From: Chloroflexota bacterium
Lineage (GTDB): Bacteria; Chloroflexota; Anaerolineae; Anaerolineales; Villigracilaceae
Direction of reading: 5' to 3'
Length of the DNA stretch: 64,000 nucleotides
Assembly (NCBI GenBank): GCA_016219545.1
Contig: JACRMH010000041.1
Location: 69,297-133,296, forward strand
Below are positions 8,604-18,278 of the stretch, one piece after another. Under the pieces are notes generated by a model. It did no database searches and was not told the DNA's origin. It worked only from the letters and a program-made list of their open reading frames with translations. Made by a program: the position numbers and the translations under genes. How positions within the stretch are numbered: position 1 is the stretch's first letter; every line of letters begins with the position of its first letter.

Positions 8604-9947
8604 TTATTCAATGACTCGGTCAGTCAATTGGATGGCCAACCCGATATAGGATTCCGGCGAGAGACTCTGCAAGCGGCTGCGGGTTTCATTGTCCACTTCA
8701 ACCGCTTCAACCCATGACCTGTAATCTGCTTCTGTCAAGACGCGGCCTCTTGTCTGCTGTTTGAGTGACTCGTATGCGTCGCTTTTGCCCACTGCACGCA
8801 GGATGGTCTGTGCTCCCTCGCTGACAACTTCCCAATGCGCTTCGAGTTCTACTTTGAGTTTATCTTCATCTGCCGCGATGCGACTCAGTCCGCGTAATAA
8901 ATTTTTCCATGCGAGCAATGTATGTCCCAACGCTGTGCCGAAAGTGCGGCGAACTGTTGAATCAGACAGGTCACGCTGCAGACGGGAGACAGTTAATTTT
9001 TGGGCGTAATGCACGAACATGGCATTGGCAATACCGAGATTTCCTTCCGCATTTTCAAAGTCAATTGGGTTAACTTTTTGCGGCATGGTGGAAGAACCAA
9101 CTTCCCCAGCGACAACGGCTTGTTTCAGATAACCGTCGCTGATGTAGCGCCACATATCCTGGGAGAAATCTATCAAAATGGAATTCAACAAGCGGACAGC
9201 GTCAAAATACCGCACCCAATTATCGTATGGCAAGATCTGATTGGTGAGTAAATTTGGTTTTAGGTTGTATTGCGAAATGAAATCCTGGCTGAAAGCGATC
9301 CAATTAACATTGGGGACGGCAGCCTGCAGAGCGTTGAAGTTTCCCACCGCGCCGGTCAGCTTGGCTTCAAAGATATGTTCCTTGATGAGTTTGTGCGCTT
9401 CTTTCAATCGCGCCAGATACACGGCAAATTCTTTGCCTAATGTAGTCGGCACTGCGGGCTGACCATGAGTCCGCGCGAGCATGGGCAGGGAGCGATAACG
9501 GATGGCGAAGTCTTTTAGCGTATCAATCAAAGACTCTATCGTTGGTAAAAGAACAGCATCACGAGAGTCCCTTAGTGCAATGACTTGCGCAATATTATTT
9601 ACATCTTCGGATGTCAGACCGAAATGAATCCACGGAAATAATTCGGCAGGAATTTTTTCACGCAGAAAATATTCAATGGCTTTCACGTCATGGCGAGTCT
9701 CACGCTCGAAGGCTTGAATGGACTCCGCATCTGAGTCGTTGAAATTGGGTATGACTTCATTGAGCAGGCGGGTTTCAGAGTCACTCAAAGGGCGGATCAA
9801 ACCGATCTTGGAAAGAGCAGGCAAATAGTCCAGCTCGATACGAACCCGGTCGCGCAGAAAAGCAAACTCGGAAAAATAATCCCGCAGCGGCTCGGTTAAA
9901 TCTGTGTAGCGTCCATCCAATGAAGAAAGAGCGTGAAGAGGTTTCAA
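8604..9947 (-). CDS. purB: Adenylosuccinate lyase
   Basis: SLDGRY, TRHDVKAIEY, RTHGQPA, GSSTMPQKVNPIDFEN, SRLQRDLSDS. Confidence 0.97.
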   Translation of the reverse strand: MKPLHALSSLDGRYTDLTEPLRDYFSEFAFLRDRVRIELDYLPALSKIGLIRPLSDSETRLLNEVIPNFNDSDAESIQAFERETRHDVKAIEYFLREKIPAELFPWIHFGLTSEDVNNIAQVIALRDSRDAVLLPTIESLIDTLKDFAIRYRSLPMLARTHGQPAVPTTLGKEFAVYLARLKEAHKLIKEHIFEAKLTGAVGNFNALQAAVPNVNWIAFSQDFISQYNLKPNLLTNQILPYDNWVRYFDAVRLLNSILIDFSQDMWRYISDGYLKQAVVAGEVGSSTMPQKVNPIDFENAEGNLGIANAMFVHYAQKLTVSRLQRDLSDSTVRRTFGTALGHTLLAWKNLLRGLSRIAADEDKLKVELEAHWEVVSEGAQTILRAVGKSDAYESLKQQTRGRVLTEADYRSWVEAVEVDNETRSRLQSLSPESYIGLAIQLTDRVIE

Positions 9948-9965
9948 GTAGTGGTACTCCGTGTG

Positions 9966-11450
9966 TTAGCGATTACTGAGCTGATAGTTCGGCGCTTCCT
10001 TCGTAATAATAACATCATGCGGATGACTTTCAATGAGACCGGCGTTTGTGATGCGCGTGAGGCGGGTCTTGGTGCGAAGATCGTCCAGCGACGCCGCGCC
10101 TGCATACCCCATGCCGGAACGCAAGCCGCCCACGAGCTGATAAACATATTCACCAAGCAGCCCTTTATACGGCACGCGTCCCTCGATGCCTTCAGGCACA
10201 AGCTTACCGCTGCCGCTTTGACCCGTGCCGTAACGGTCTTTTCCGTAACCCTTCAACGCGCCAAGGCTGCCCATACCGCGATATTCCTTGAAGCGGCGTC
10301 CTTCATATAACATCACTTCGCCGGGCGCTTCATCTAAACCGGCCAGCATACTTCCGAGCATGACCGCATCCGCACCGGCGACAATGGCTTTGACAATATC
10401 GCCGCTGAATTTTATACCGCCATCCGCAATGATGGTGACGCCATGTTTTCTCGCGACACGCGCACATTCAAAGATGGCGGAGACTTGGGGCATGCCCGCG
10501 CCGGAGATGACTCGCGTGGTGCAAATGGAGCCCGCGCCGACTCCGACTTTAACCGCATCTGCTCCCGACTTAATGAGAGCTTCCGTCCCTTCAGCAGTGA
10601 CTACATTCCCCGCGATCACAGGCAGGTCTTTCCACGCGCTTTTGATTCTCCGGACGGCTTCCAGCACGCCGATGGAATGTCCGTGCGCCGTGTCAATCGC
10701 GATGACATCCACGCCTGCTTTCATCATGAGATCAACGCGCGTTTCAAGGTCTGCGCCAACACCAACTGCCGCACCGACTAATAATCTTCCTTGTGAATCT
10801 GTTGATGCATTGGGATAGTCCCGCGCCTTTTGAATATCTTTGACGGTGAGCAAACCTTTCAACATTCCGTTCTCATCCACAAGTGGAAGTTTTTCGATGC
10901 GATATTTTTGCAATATTTCTTTTGCTTCCTTTGCAGAAACGCCCACGCGCGCAGTGACCAGCTTATCTTCCTTCGTCATAAATCGATTCACGGGCAGGTT
11001 GTAATCTTCTGCTTCCACAAAACGGATGTCGCGATTGGTGAGGATGCCAATGATCTTTCCGGTCACATCCGTGATCGGCACACCGCTGATGTGATACGTG
11101 GACATGATCTCTTCGGCGCGGCTCAGTGGCGCATCGGGAGATAAACTGATCGGCTCGACGATCATGCCGGACTGCGAACGCTTGACCTTTTCCACTTCAG
11201 CGGCTTGCGCCTCAGGCGGCATGTTGCGGTGGATGATGCCGATCCCGCCCTCACGCGCCAATCCAATCGCCAACCGCGCCTCGGTGACAGTGTCCATTGC
11301 GGCAGAGAGGATCGGGATGTTGAGTTGGATCTGCGGCGTCAATTGCACACGGACATCGGTTTGATTCGGCAACACTTCGGTATAGCCGGGGACAATGAGG
11401 ACGTCGTCAAAGGTGAGTGAGTCAAATGATTTGAATAATTCTTCGTTCAT
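9966..11450 (-). CDS. guaB: IMP dehydrogenase with CBS pair
   Basis: [36 protein letters not shown]. Confidence 0.98.
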   Translation of the reverse strand: MNEELFKSFDSLTFDDVLIVPGYTEVLPNQTDVRVQLTPQIQLNIPILSAAMDTVTEARLAIGLAREGGIGIIHRNMPPEAQAAEVEKVKRSQSGMIVEPISLSPDAPLSRAEEIMSTYHISGVPITDVTGKIIGILTNRDIRFVEAEDYNLPVNRFMTKEDKLVTARVGVSAKEAKEILQKYRIEKLPLVDENGMLKGLLTVKDIQKARDYPNASTDSQGRLLVGAAVGVGADLETRVDLMMKAGVDVIAIDTAHGHSIGVLEAVRRIKSAWKDLPVIAGNVVTAEGTEALIKSGADAVKVGVGAGSICTTRVISGAGMPQVSAIFECARVARKHGVTIIADGGIKFSGDIVKAIVAGADAVMLGSMLAGLDEAPGEVMLYEGRRFKEYRGMGSLGALKGYGKDRYGTGQSGSGKLVPEGIEGRVPYKGLLGEYVYQLVGGLRSGMGYAGAASLDDLRTKTRLTRITNAGLIESHPHDVIITKEAPNYQLSNR

Positions 11451-11478
11451 AAGTTTTTTTCTCCTTATATATAAAAAG

Positions 11479-11539
11479 GCAGGGGCGACCCTTCAAATTC
11501 TGCAAGATATCTTGCTCTCACTGGGCGGGTCGCCCCTAC
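11479..11539. repeat. GTAG-type REP pair (AGGGGCGACCC / GGGTCGCCCCTAC)
   Basis: Related copies at 44750-44776 and 49596-49622. Confidence 0.7.
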
Positions 11540-11551
11540 AGTGTATGGTAA

Positions 11552-12130
11552 TTATTCAGCTTGTTTCATCAAGTAGTCGTGAATGGACGAGTCATAATGC
11601 GCGGTGGAAGCGAAGCCTTTGATGGCCAGTCTTTCACGCGTCTTTGCAGAAATTCCGCCTGCACGGAGTTCATTGAGAATGGAGTTGTAATCGGAAGGAT
11701 CGCAAACCAGTGTGACGCGCTCGTGATTCTTTGCTGCGGCGCGGATGAGAGTCACGCCGCCGATGTCAATGTTTTCGATAGCGTCCGCGTAAGTGACAGT
11801 TGGTTTGGCGATGGTTTCCTCAAATGGATAGAGATTGACAGCAACGAGGTCAATATAATCCCAGCCGAGGTTGAGCAATTGCTGGTGGTCTTCTTCGGTG
11901 GGACGTGCCAGCAGTCCGCCGTGAACAGCGGGGTGCAGAGTCTTGACTCGTCCGCCGAGGATTTCAGGGGATTTTGTGTATTCGGCAACCTCGGTGACAG
12001 ATATGTTATTGTCGCGCAACAATTTGGCGGTGCCGCCTGAGGCGAGCAAAGTCCAGCCGAGGGAGGCGAGTCCTTTGGCGAAGTCAATGAGACCGGATTT
12101 GTTGTGAACAGAGAGAATAGCTGTGGGCAT
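11552..12130 (-). CDS. purH: IMP cyclohydrolase (stand-alone N-terminal MGS-like domain of PurH)
   Basis: ASGGTA, GGRVKTLHP, NLYPF, IDIGGVTLIRAAAKNH; ends at the PurH domain boundary. Confidence 0.92.
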   Translation of the reverse strand: MPTAILSVHNKSGLIDFAKGLASLGWTLLASGGTAKLLRDNNISVTEVAEYTKSPEILGGRVKTLHPAVHGGLLARPTEEDHQQLLNLGWDYIDLVAVNLYPFEETIAKPTVTYADAIENIDIGGVTLIRAAAKNHERVTLVCDPSDYNSILNELRAGGISAKTRERLAIKGFASTAHYDSSIHDYLMKQAE

Positions 12131-12147
12131 GAGATAAATTCCTTTCC

Positions 12148-12212
12148 AACGGATTATTTAACGGATGAACGGATATTGCAACGGATCGCCTTCGGCGAAC
12201 GGATAAACGGAT
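12148..12212. repeat. AACGGAT repeat array with small CGCCTTCGGCG hairpin
   Basis: Six AACGGAT units; siblings at 14021-14068 and inside purF at 16891-16930. Confidence 0.75.
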
Positions 12213-12241
12213 GTTAAAACGAATTTAAGGAATGTGAGTGA

Positions 12242-12829
12242 TTATATTTTTGTAGTGAGTTCCTTGAGAGTGGTTATTAGTAGTTTGTGTTCGGTTTGAT
12301 GAATGCGGATTTCGAGTAAATCTAATGTGTCTTCTGCATATATGGGAACAATCTCTGAGGCGAGGACCGGACCACTGTCCACGCCTTCGTCGGGGACGAG
12401 ATGAACCATGACGCCTGTGTGTTCTATTTCTTCGCGTTGATATGCTTCATAAGCACGTTCAATGGCTTGTGTGCCGGGGAAAGTATTCGGTAATGCGGGA
12501 TGCAGGTTGATGACGCGGTTTGGGAAAGCTGAAAGAAAGGCGGAGGAAAGAATCCGCATCCAGCCGGCGAGGATGATGTAGTCGGGTTGTTTGGTTGTCA
12601 CATAGTCGGATAGTCGCTGGTCATAATCACGGCGGGATTCGTTTTCGAGTTTGGCGAAATAAACTGATTCAATGTTCGCATTCTTGGCGCGGGTGAGTCC
12701 ATGAGCATCTGCTTTGTTGCTGATGACACATACAACCCTCGCATTCAATTCACCAGATACACAGGCATCAAGGATGGCTTGCAGGTTGGATCCGTTACCG
12801 GAGATGAGAACAACAAGACGAGAGACCAT
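12242..12829 (-). CDS. purN: Phosphoribosylglycinamide formyltransferase
   Basis: LISGNGSNLQA, LAGWMRIL, NLHPAL, GVMVH...VDSGP. Confidence 0.96.
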   Translation of the reverse strand: MVSRLVVLISGNGSNLQAILDACVSGELNARVVCVISNKADAHGLTRAKNANIESVYFAKLENESRRDYDQRLSDYVTTKQPDYIILAGWMRILSSAFLSAFPNRVINLHPALPNTFPGTQAIERAYEAYQREEIEHTGVMVHLVPDEGVDSGPVLASEIVPIYAEDTLDLLEIRIHQTEHKLLITTLKELTTKI

Positions 12830-12831
12830 GT

Positions 12832-14007
12832 TTAGTGATGGAAGAGGCGCACGCCGGAGAAGGTCATGGTGATGCCGTATTCGTCGCAGGCGGCGATCAC
12901 ATCTTCGTCACGGTTGGAACCGCCGGGTTGAAGGACATATTTCGCGCCGCTCTTCGCTGCGCGGTCAATGGAGTCGCGGAAGGGGAAGAAGGCATCGGAA
13001 CCGAGAGTCACACCGGACATACCATCCAGCCATGCGCGTCTTTCCTCGGCTGTGAGTTGGCGCGGCGTTTCTGAGAAGATGTTTTTCCAGTTGGCTTTTT
13101 CTGCGTCCGTTACATCGGGTTGCAGGAATTGATCAATGGCATTGTCACGGTCGGGGCGTTTGATGTTGGGAATGAAGGGTAGCGCAAGAACATGTGGATG
13201 TTGGCGCAGTCGCCACAAATCTGCTTTGGCTCCCGCGAGGCGGACGCAATGCACACGCGATTGCTGCCCCGCACCAACACCGATAACCTGTCCATCGAAT
13301 ATAAAGCACACTGAATTGGATTGAGTGTACTTGAGCGTGATCCACGCGATCAACATATCGCGGACTGCGCTTTCGGACAGATCTCTTTTCTGCGTGACAA
13401 TGTTGGCGAAATCAGACGGCGTGACCAAACGATCATGATGACGTTGTTCAAACGTGACACCGAACACTTCGCGAGTTTCCAACACAGATGGTTCATAAGT
13501 CGGGTCAATTTGAACGACGGCATATTTGCCCTGCTTTTTCATCTTGAGAATTTCAAGCGCGTCAGCGTCATAAGCAGGAGCGATGACACCATCGGAGACT
13601 TCGCGGCTGATGAGTTTTGCTGTGGACGCATCCACTGTATCAGATAACGCAATGAAATCGCCGAACGAAGACATTCTGTCCACGCCGCGCGCGCGGGCAT
13701 ATGCAACGGCGAGCGGAGAAAGTTCGAGGTCATCCACGAAATAAATTTTCTTGAGGATGTCAGATAACGGAGTCGCAACGGCTGCTCCTGATGGGCTGAC
13801 ATGTTTGAATGAGGCTGCGGCTGGCAAATTTGTCGCGGCTTTCAATTCGCGGACAAGCTGCCATGAGTTCAACGCATCCAGTAAATTGATGTAACCCGGC
13901 GCGCCGTTGAGAATAGTAATGGGCAAGTCCACATCGGATTTCATGAAAACACGGGCTGGCGCCTGCTGGGGATTGGTTCCATAGCGGAGAGGGAGAGAAG
14001 AGGGCAT
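12832..14007 (-). CDS. purH: AICAR formyltransferase (stand-alone C-terminal domain of PurH)
   Basis: LRYGTNPQQ, FKHVSP, KYTQSNSV, GQQSRVHC, SDAFFPFRD, RLFHH. Confidence 0.93.
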   Translation of the reverse strand: MPSSLPLRYGTNPQQAPARVFMKSDVDLPITILNGAPGYINLLDALNSWQLVRELKAATNLPAAASFKHVSPSGAAVATPLSDILKKIYFVDDLELSPLAVAYARARGVDRMSSFGDFIALSDTVDASTAKLISREVSDGVIAPAYDADALEILKMKKQGKYAVVQIDPTYEPSVLETREVFGVTFEQRHHDRLVTPSDFANIVTQKRDLSESAVRDMLIAWITLKYTQSNSVCFIFDGQVIGVGAGQQSRVHCVRLAGAKADLWRLRQHPHVLALPFIPNIKRPDRDNAIDQFLQPDVTDAEKANWKNIFSETPRQLTAEERRAWLDGMSGVTLGSDAFFPFRDSIDRAAKSGAKYVLQPGGSNRDEDVIAACDEYGITMTFSGVRLFHH

Positions 14008-14020
14008 GTGTAATTCCTTT

Positions 14021-14068
14021 CAACGGATATTTTCCAACGGATCGCTTCGCGAACGGATGAAAACGGAT
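14021..14068. repeat. AACGGAT repeat array with CGCTTCGCG hairpin
   Basis: Same family as 12148-12212. Confidence 0.7.
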
Positions 14069-16332
14069 TAGGCAGTTAGGCGAACTTTCTTTTCGCCTTT
14101 GACAAGTTCGCCGATGATAAAGGTTGGCTCGGGGATTCGGTTTTGGATTTCGTCAACCTTTGTTTTATCAACCACCATCACCATGCCAATACCCATGTTG
14201 AAGACGCGGTACATTTCGTCGGTGGCGATATTTCCTTTTTGCTGGATCAACTTCCAGAGCGGAGGAGGCGTCCACGAGGTGAGGTGAATGACTGCATCAA
14301 GGTCATCCGGCAGAATGCGCGGAATGTTCTCGATGAATCCTCCGCCTGTTAAATGCGCAAGCGCTTTGACGCGGGAAAGGTGGGGATACAAAAGAGGTAA
14401 ATAGGAACGATGCGGGGCGAGCAAAGAATCAGCCAGCGAGCCGCCGAGTTCAGGAAAAACTGTATCAAGCGGAGTATCGGCGAAAATTTTTCGGATGAGG
14501 GAATAACCGTTCGTATGCGGACCGGATGAAGTTAGTCCAATCAGAACATCACCTTCTTTTAGATCTTTGCGAGGCAGAATGTTATCACGCTCAACCGCGC
14601 CGACAATTGTTCCGGCGACATCAAACTCATTTGGCTGATAAACGCCGGGCATTTCAGCGGTCTCACCGCCGAGCAATGCCATGCCCGCTTCTTTGCAAGC
14701 CTCGGCAATGCCAGTGACAACTTCCGCTGTCACTTCGGGGGTCAGCTTGGCTGTGGCGAAATAATCCATAAAGAACAGCGGACGCGCACCTTGCACGAGA
14801 ATATCGTTGATGCAGTGATTGACGATGTCATGTCCAACTCCGCGATAGCGATTTACAGAGGCGGCGAGTTTTACTTTTGTGCCAACACCATCTGTTGATG
14901 CAACCAAGACTGGATTATCAAATGCTTTTAGAACAGAGGCATCATATAGTCCGCCAAAAGAGCCGATGCCTGCGAGAACGGATGGAGTATATGTGGATTT
15001 GACTGCGCCCTTCATTAAGTCAACTGCGCGATTGCCTTCGGTGATGGAGACTCCTGAATCTGCATATGAAAACTGCTTCAAGGCACGCTGAGCAATATCC
15101 TTACGATATAGCATCCCCTCAAATGAGACTTTACAAATATTTTCATATACTTGCTCAACAGCAGATTGAATTCCGTCCGCCCAGGCTGTTAATCCAAATA
15201 CACGCCCGCCTGAAGTAAGAACTTCCCCATTCTCAAATTTCGTCCCTGCATGGAAACAAATTGCATTTGCCGGAAGAGAATAAAACTTCACGAGTTTTCC
15301 ACTTTCCACTTTTTCAGGATACCCTTTACTCGCCAACACTACACAGACCGCTGCGCCATCTTTCCATTGAATGGTCAAATCACTCAGCGTACCGTCTATG
15401 CAAGCCTCAGCAATATCAAGCAAGTCTGTTTCAAGTAATGGAAGAACTGCTTGAGTCTCCGGGTCACCGAAGCGGCAGTTAAACTCCAAAGTGCGGATGC
15501 CGTTTTGAGTCAGCATCAAGCCTGCATACAACACGCCCACAAATGGAATCCCCTCACTCCGCAATCCATCGACAGCAGGTCTCAAAACTAATTCAATGGC
15601 TTCATTCATTAAGTCAACAGTAAGAATTGGAGCAGGGGCATAAGCACCCATACCTCCCGTGTTGGGACCCAAATCACTATCCAGCAAACGTTTATGATCC
15701 TGCGCGGGCAACATGGGAATGACACTCTTGCCATCCGTGAACGCCATCAACGAAACCTCTTGTCCGCTTAGACGTTCTTCGATCACCACTTCATTGCCAG
15801 CCTCGCCAAAAACTCCGTTTACAAATATTTGCTCAAGAGTTGATTTCGTTTCTTCAAGTGTGTTCGGTAGAATCACCCCCTTCCCCGCCGCCAAGCCGGA
15901 AGCCTTGATAACCACTGGATAATTTATTTTTTCAACATGCTCAAGCGCATCGGATAATTTATTGAACACGGCATAGCGCGCCGTTGGGATATGATGCCGC
16001 GCCATAAAATCCTTCGCAAAGACTTTGGACGCTTCTATCTGCGCCGCGGCCTGACTCGGCCCAAAACAGCGGATTCCACTCTTTGAAAGCGAATCCGCCA
16101 ACCCGTCCGCGAGAGGCGTTTCAGGTCCGACCAACACAAGATCAATTTGTTTTTCTTTGCAGAAGCGAATCACATCCGAATGACGATTTACATCCAGCAA
16201 AACATTTTCGCCGCAAGACATTGTCCCTGCGTTGCCGGGCGCAATATAAAGTTTACGCAAGCGCGCTGACTGAGCCACCTTCCACGCCATCGCATGTTCA
16301 CGCCCGCCCGAACCAATGATCAATACATTCAT
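14068..16332 (-). CDS. purD: Fused GAR synthetase / AIR synthetase (PurD-PurM)
   Basis: N-terminal GSGGREHA, KASGLAAGKGV, QDHKR, GPNTGGMG, EFNCRFGDPE; C-terminal TDGVGTK, GGETAEMPG, HTNGYSLIR, VFNMGIG. Start trimmed to MNVLIIG. Confidence 0.95.
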   Translation of the reverse strand: MNVLIIGSGGREHAMAWKVAQSARLRKLYIAPGNAGTMSCGENVLLDVNRHSDVIRFCKEKQIDLVLVGPETPLADGLADSLSKSGIRCFGPSQAAAQIEASKVFAKDFMARHHIPTARYAVFNKLSDALEHVEKINYPVVIKASGLAAGKGVILPNTLEETKSTLEQIFVNGVFGEAGNEVVIEERLSGQEVSLMAFTDGKSVIPMLPAQDHKRLLDSDLGPNTGGMGAYAPAPILTVDLMNEAIELVLRPAVDGLRSEGIPFVGVLYAGLMLTQNGIRTLEFNCRFGDPETQAVLPLLETDLLDIAEACIDGTLSDLTIQWKDGAAVCVVLASKGYPEKVESGKLVKFYSLPANAICFHAGTKFENGEVLTSGGRVFGLTAWADGIQSAVEQVYENICKVSFEGMLYRKDIAQRALKQFSYADSGVSITEGNRAVDLMKGAVKSTYTPSVLAGIGSFGGLYDASVLKAFDNPVLVASTDGVGTKVKLAASVNRYRGVGHDIVNHCINDILVQGARPLFFMDYFATAKLTPEVTAEVVTGIAEACKEAGMALLGGETAEMPGVYQPNEFDVAGTIVGAVERDNILPRKDLKEGDVLIGLTSSGPHTNGYSLIRKIFADTPLDTVFPELGGSLADSLLAPHRSYLPLLYPHLSRVKALAHLTGGGFIENIPRILPDDLDAVIHLTSWTPPPLWKLIQQKGNIATDEMYRVFNMGIGMVMVVDKTKVDEIQNRIPEPTFIIGELVKGEKKVRLTA

Positions 16333-16339
16333 AGTTTTC

Positions 16340-17821
16340 CTACTTAAGGCTTCGCTCAAAACCAGTTTTTACAGTATCAACATTAACTTGAATTGGGTAC
16401 TGCCCCGTAAAACACGCCTGACAAAATCCGTCCTCTCGACCAACAGCGCGCATCATTCCATCGAGCGATAAATAATACAAACTATCCGCTCCCACAAATT
16501 CAGCGATCTCATTTACAGTTCTTTTGTGAGCGATCAGATCATCATACTTTCCCATGTCCACGCCCATAAAACATGGATGTGCGATCGGCGGACAAGTGAT
16601 CGCCACATGCACTTCCTTCGCGCCTGCGTTCCGCAGCAACTTGATCAACGGTCCCGTTGTATTGCCGCGCACGATACTGTCATCGATCATCACCACACGT
16701 TTATCGCGCACATTTTCATTGATGACATTGAACTTCAAAGCCACACCACGCTTGCGGAGAGAATCTGTCGGTTCGATGAAGGTCCGCCCCACATAGCGGT
16801 TCTTGATAAACCCATCGTTATACGGAATCCCGCTCACATGCGAAAACCCGATCGCCGCTGGAATGGAAGAATCAGGCACAGGAATCACCACATCCGCCAT
16901 CCGTTCATCCGTTCCGCGAAGCGATCCGTTGAAAAACTCCCTCGCCAACTCCTCCCCCAACCTCTGTCTCACCTTATGAACACCGATCCCATCCCACACT
17001 TGGTCGGGACGCGCAAAATAGATATGTTCGAACACACACATCGCAGAAGGCTCAGTCGGCGGAAGCGCCTGCGTCACCTTCAACGCATGGTTTGAAAGTT
17101 CAACGATCTCGCCCGGCTTTACATCGCGGATGGCTTCGCAGCCAAGCGTTTGAAGCGCGCCAGTTTCCGATGCAACTGCATGACCGCCGCTCGGCAGCAG
17201 CCCAATGCACAGCGGACGAAACCCCCATGGGTCGCGCACCGCATAAACACTGTCACGAGTTAAGATCACCAACGAATAAGCGCCGATCCATTTCTGCATC
17301 GCGTGCTTAATCCGCTCCTCCCACGTCGCGCCACCATTGCGTGCCAGCATCATCGTCATCACTTCAGTATCCGACGACGATGAAAGCCCCACACCTTTCT
17401 GCATCAACTCATCACGCAACTCAGCCGAGTTGACCAAATTTCCGTTATGCGCCAATGCCAAAGGTCCATGCATGGTTTCGATCATAAAAGGCTGGGCATT
17501 CCGTTCAGACGATGATCCCGTTGTTGAATAGCGCGTGTGACCTATTGCATAATGTCCGCTTAATTTTTCCATCACCGGCTGTGTAAAAACATGCGACACC
17601 AACCCAACCCCTTTATGGATCGACATGCTGTGTCCATCCGCCACCGCGATGCCCGCCGCTTCCTGTCCGCGATGCTGCAACGCAAACAACCCGAAGAAAG
17701 CCATGCGTGCCACATCTTCATTCGGCGCGAACACACCGATCACGCCGCACTCTTCTTTTGGATGATCGTCTGATAACTGATCGCTGATGATTGACAACTG
17801 TTTACTGGACACTCGCATCAT
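16340..17821 (-). CDS. purF: Amidophosphoribosyltransferase
   Basis: EECGV, QHRGQE, GHTRYST, AHNGN, VMIDDSIVRG; Fe-S cysteines including CQAC. Confidence 0.97.
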   Translation of the reverse strand: MMRVSSKQLSIISDQLSDDHPKEECGVIGVFAPNEDVARMAFFGLFALQHRGQEAAGIAVADGHSMSIHKGVGLVSHVFTQPVMEKLSGHYAIGHTRYSTTGSSSERNAQPFMIETMHGPLALAHNGNLVNSAELRDELMQKGVGLSSSSDTEVMTMMLARNGGATWEERIKHAMQKWIGAYSLVILTRDSVYAVRDPWGFRPLCIGLLPSGGHAVASETGALQTLGCEAIRDVKPGEIVELSNHALKVTQALPPTEPSAMCVFEHIYFARPDQVWDGIGVHKVRQRLGEELAREFFNGSLRGTDERMADVVIPVPDSSIPAAIGFSHVSGIPYNDGFIKNRYVGRTFIEPTDSLRKRGVALKFNVINENVRDKRVVMIDDSIVRGNTTGPLIKLLRNAGAKEVHVAITCPPIAHPCFMGVDMGKYDDLIAHKRTVNEIAEFVGADSLYYLSLDGMMRAVGREDGFCQACFTGQYPIQVNVDTVKTGFERSLK

Positions 17822-18278
17822 CCTCTATGATTCTTTCAGCCGCGCGCTTCTGACTCGCCTTGACCTGCTCCCGCACCGACTCATCCATCAACCCGATGAT
17901 TTTTGCCGCCAACAACGCCGCGTTGACAGGTTCCAACACAACCGCAGGAGCGATCCCCGAAGGCATTCTCAGCGACGAATAAATGTCCGCGCCGCCAAAC
18001 GCCTCGCTCACAGGCGGACAAGCAATAACTGGCGCGCTCACCGCACCATCGGTAAATCCACTCAACGCGTTGCTTCGTCCCGCCACAGTGATATACACCT
18101 TCGGGCGCGGATCAGCTTCATATTCGCGCAAAATCTTTAAGGCATGTTCGGCAGTCTTATGTGCAGAAGCAATTCGTAAAACAGTTTCCAATCCATATTG
18201 CTTGCACGCTTCGGATATTTTTTTACAGTGATCCAAATCCGCTTTGGAACCCATGAGAATAACGACAAGGGGTTTCAT
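17802..18278 (-). CDS. purE: AIR carboxylase, class II-like PurE
   Basis: MGSKAD, SAHKT, AGRSNAL, DIYSSLRMPSG; no purK in the operon. Confidence 0.9.
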   Translation of the reverse strand: MKPLVVILMGSKADLDHCKKISEACKQYGLETVLRIASAHKTAEHALKILREYEADPRPKVYITVAGRSNALSGFTDGAVSAPVIACPPVSEAFGGADIYSSLRMPSGIAPAVVLEPVNAALLAAKIIGLMDESVREQVKASQKRAAERIIEDDASVQ

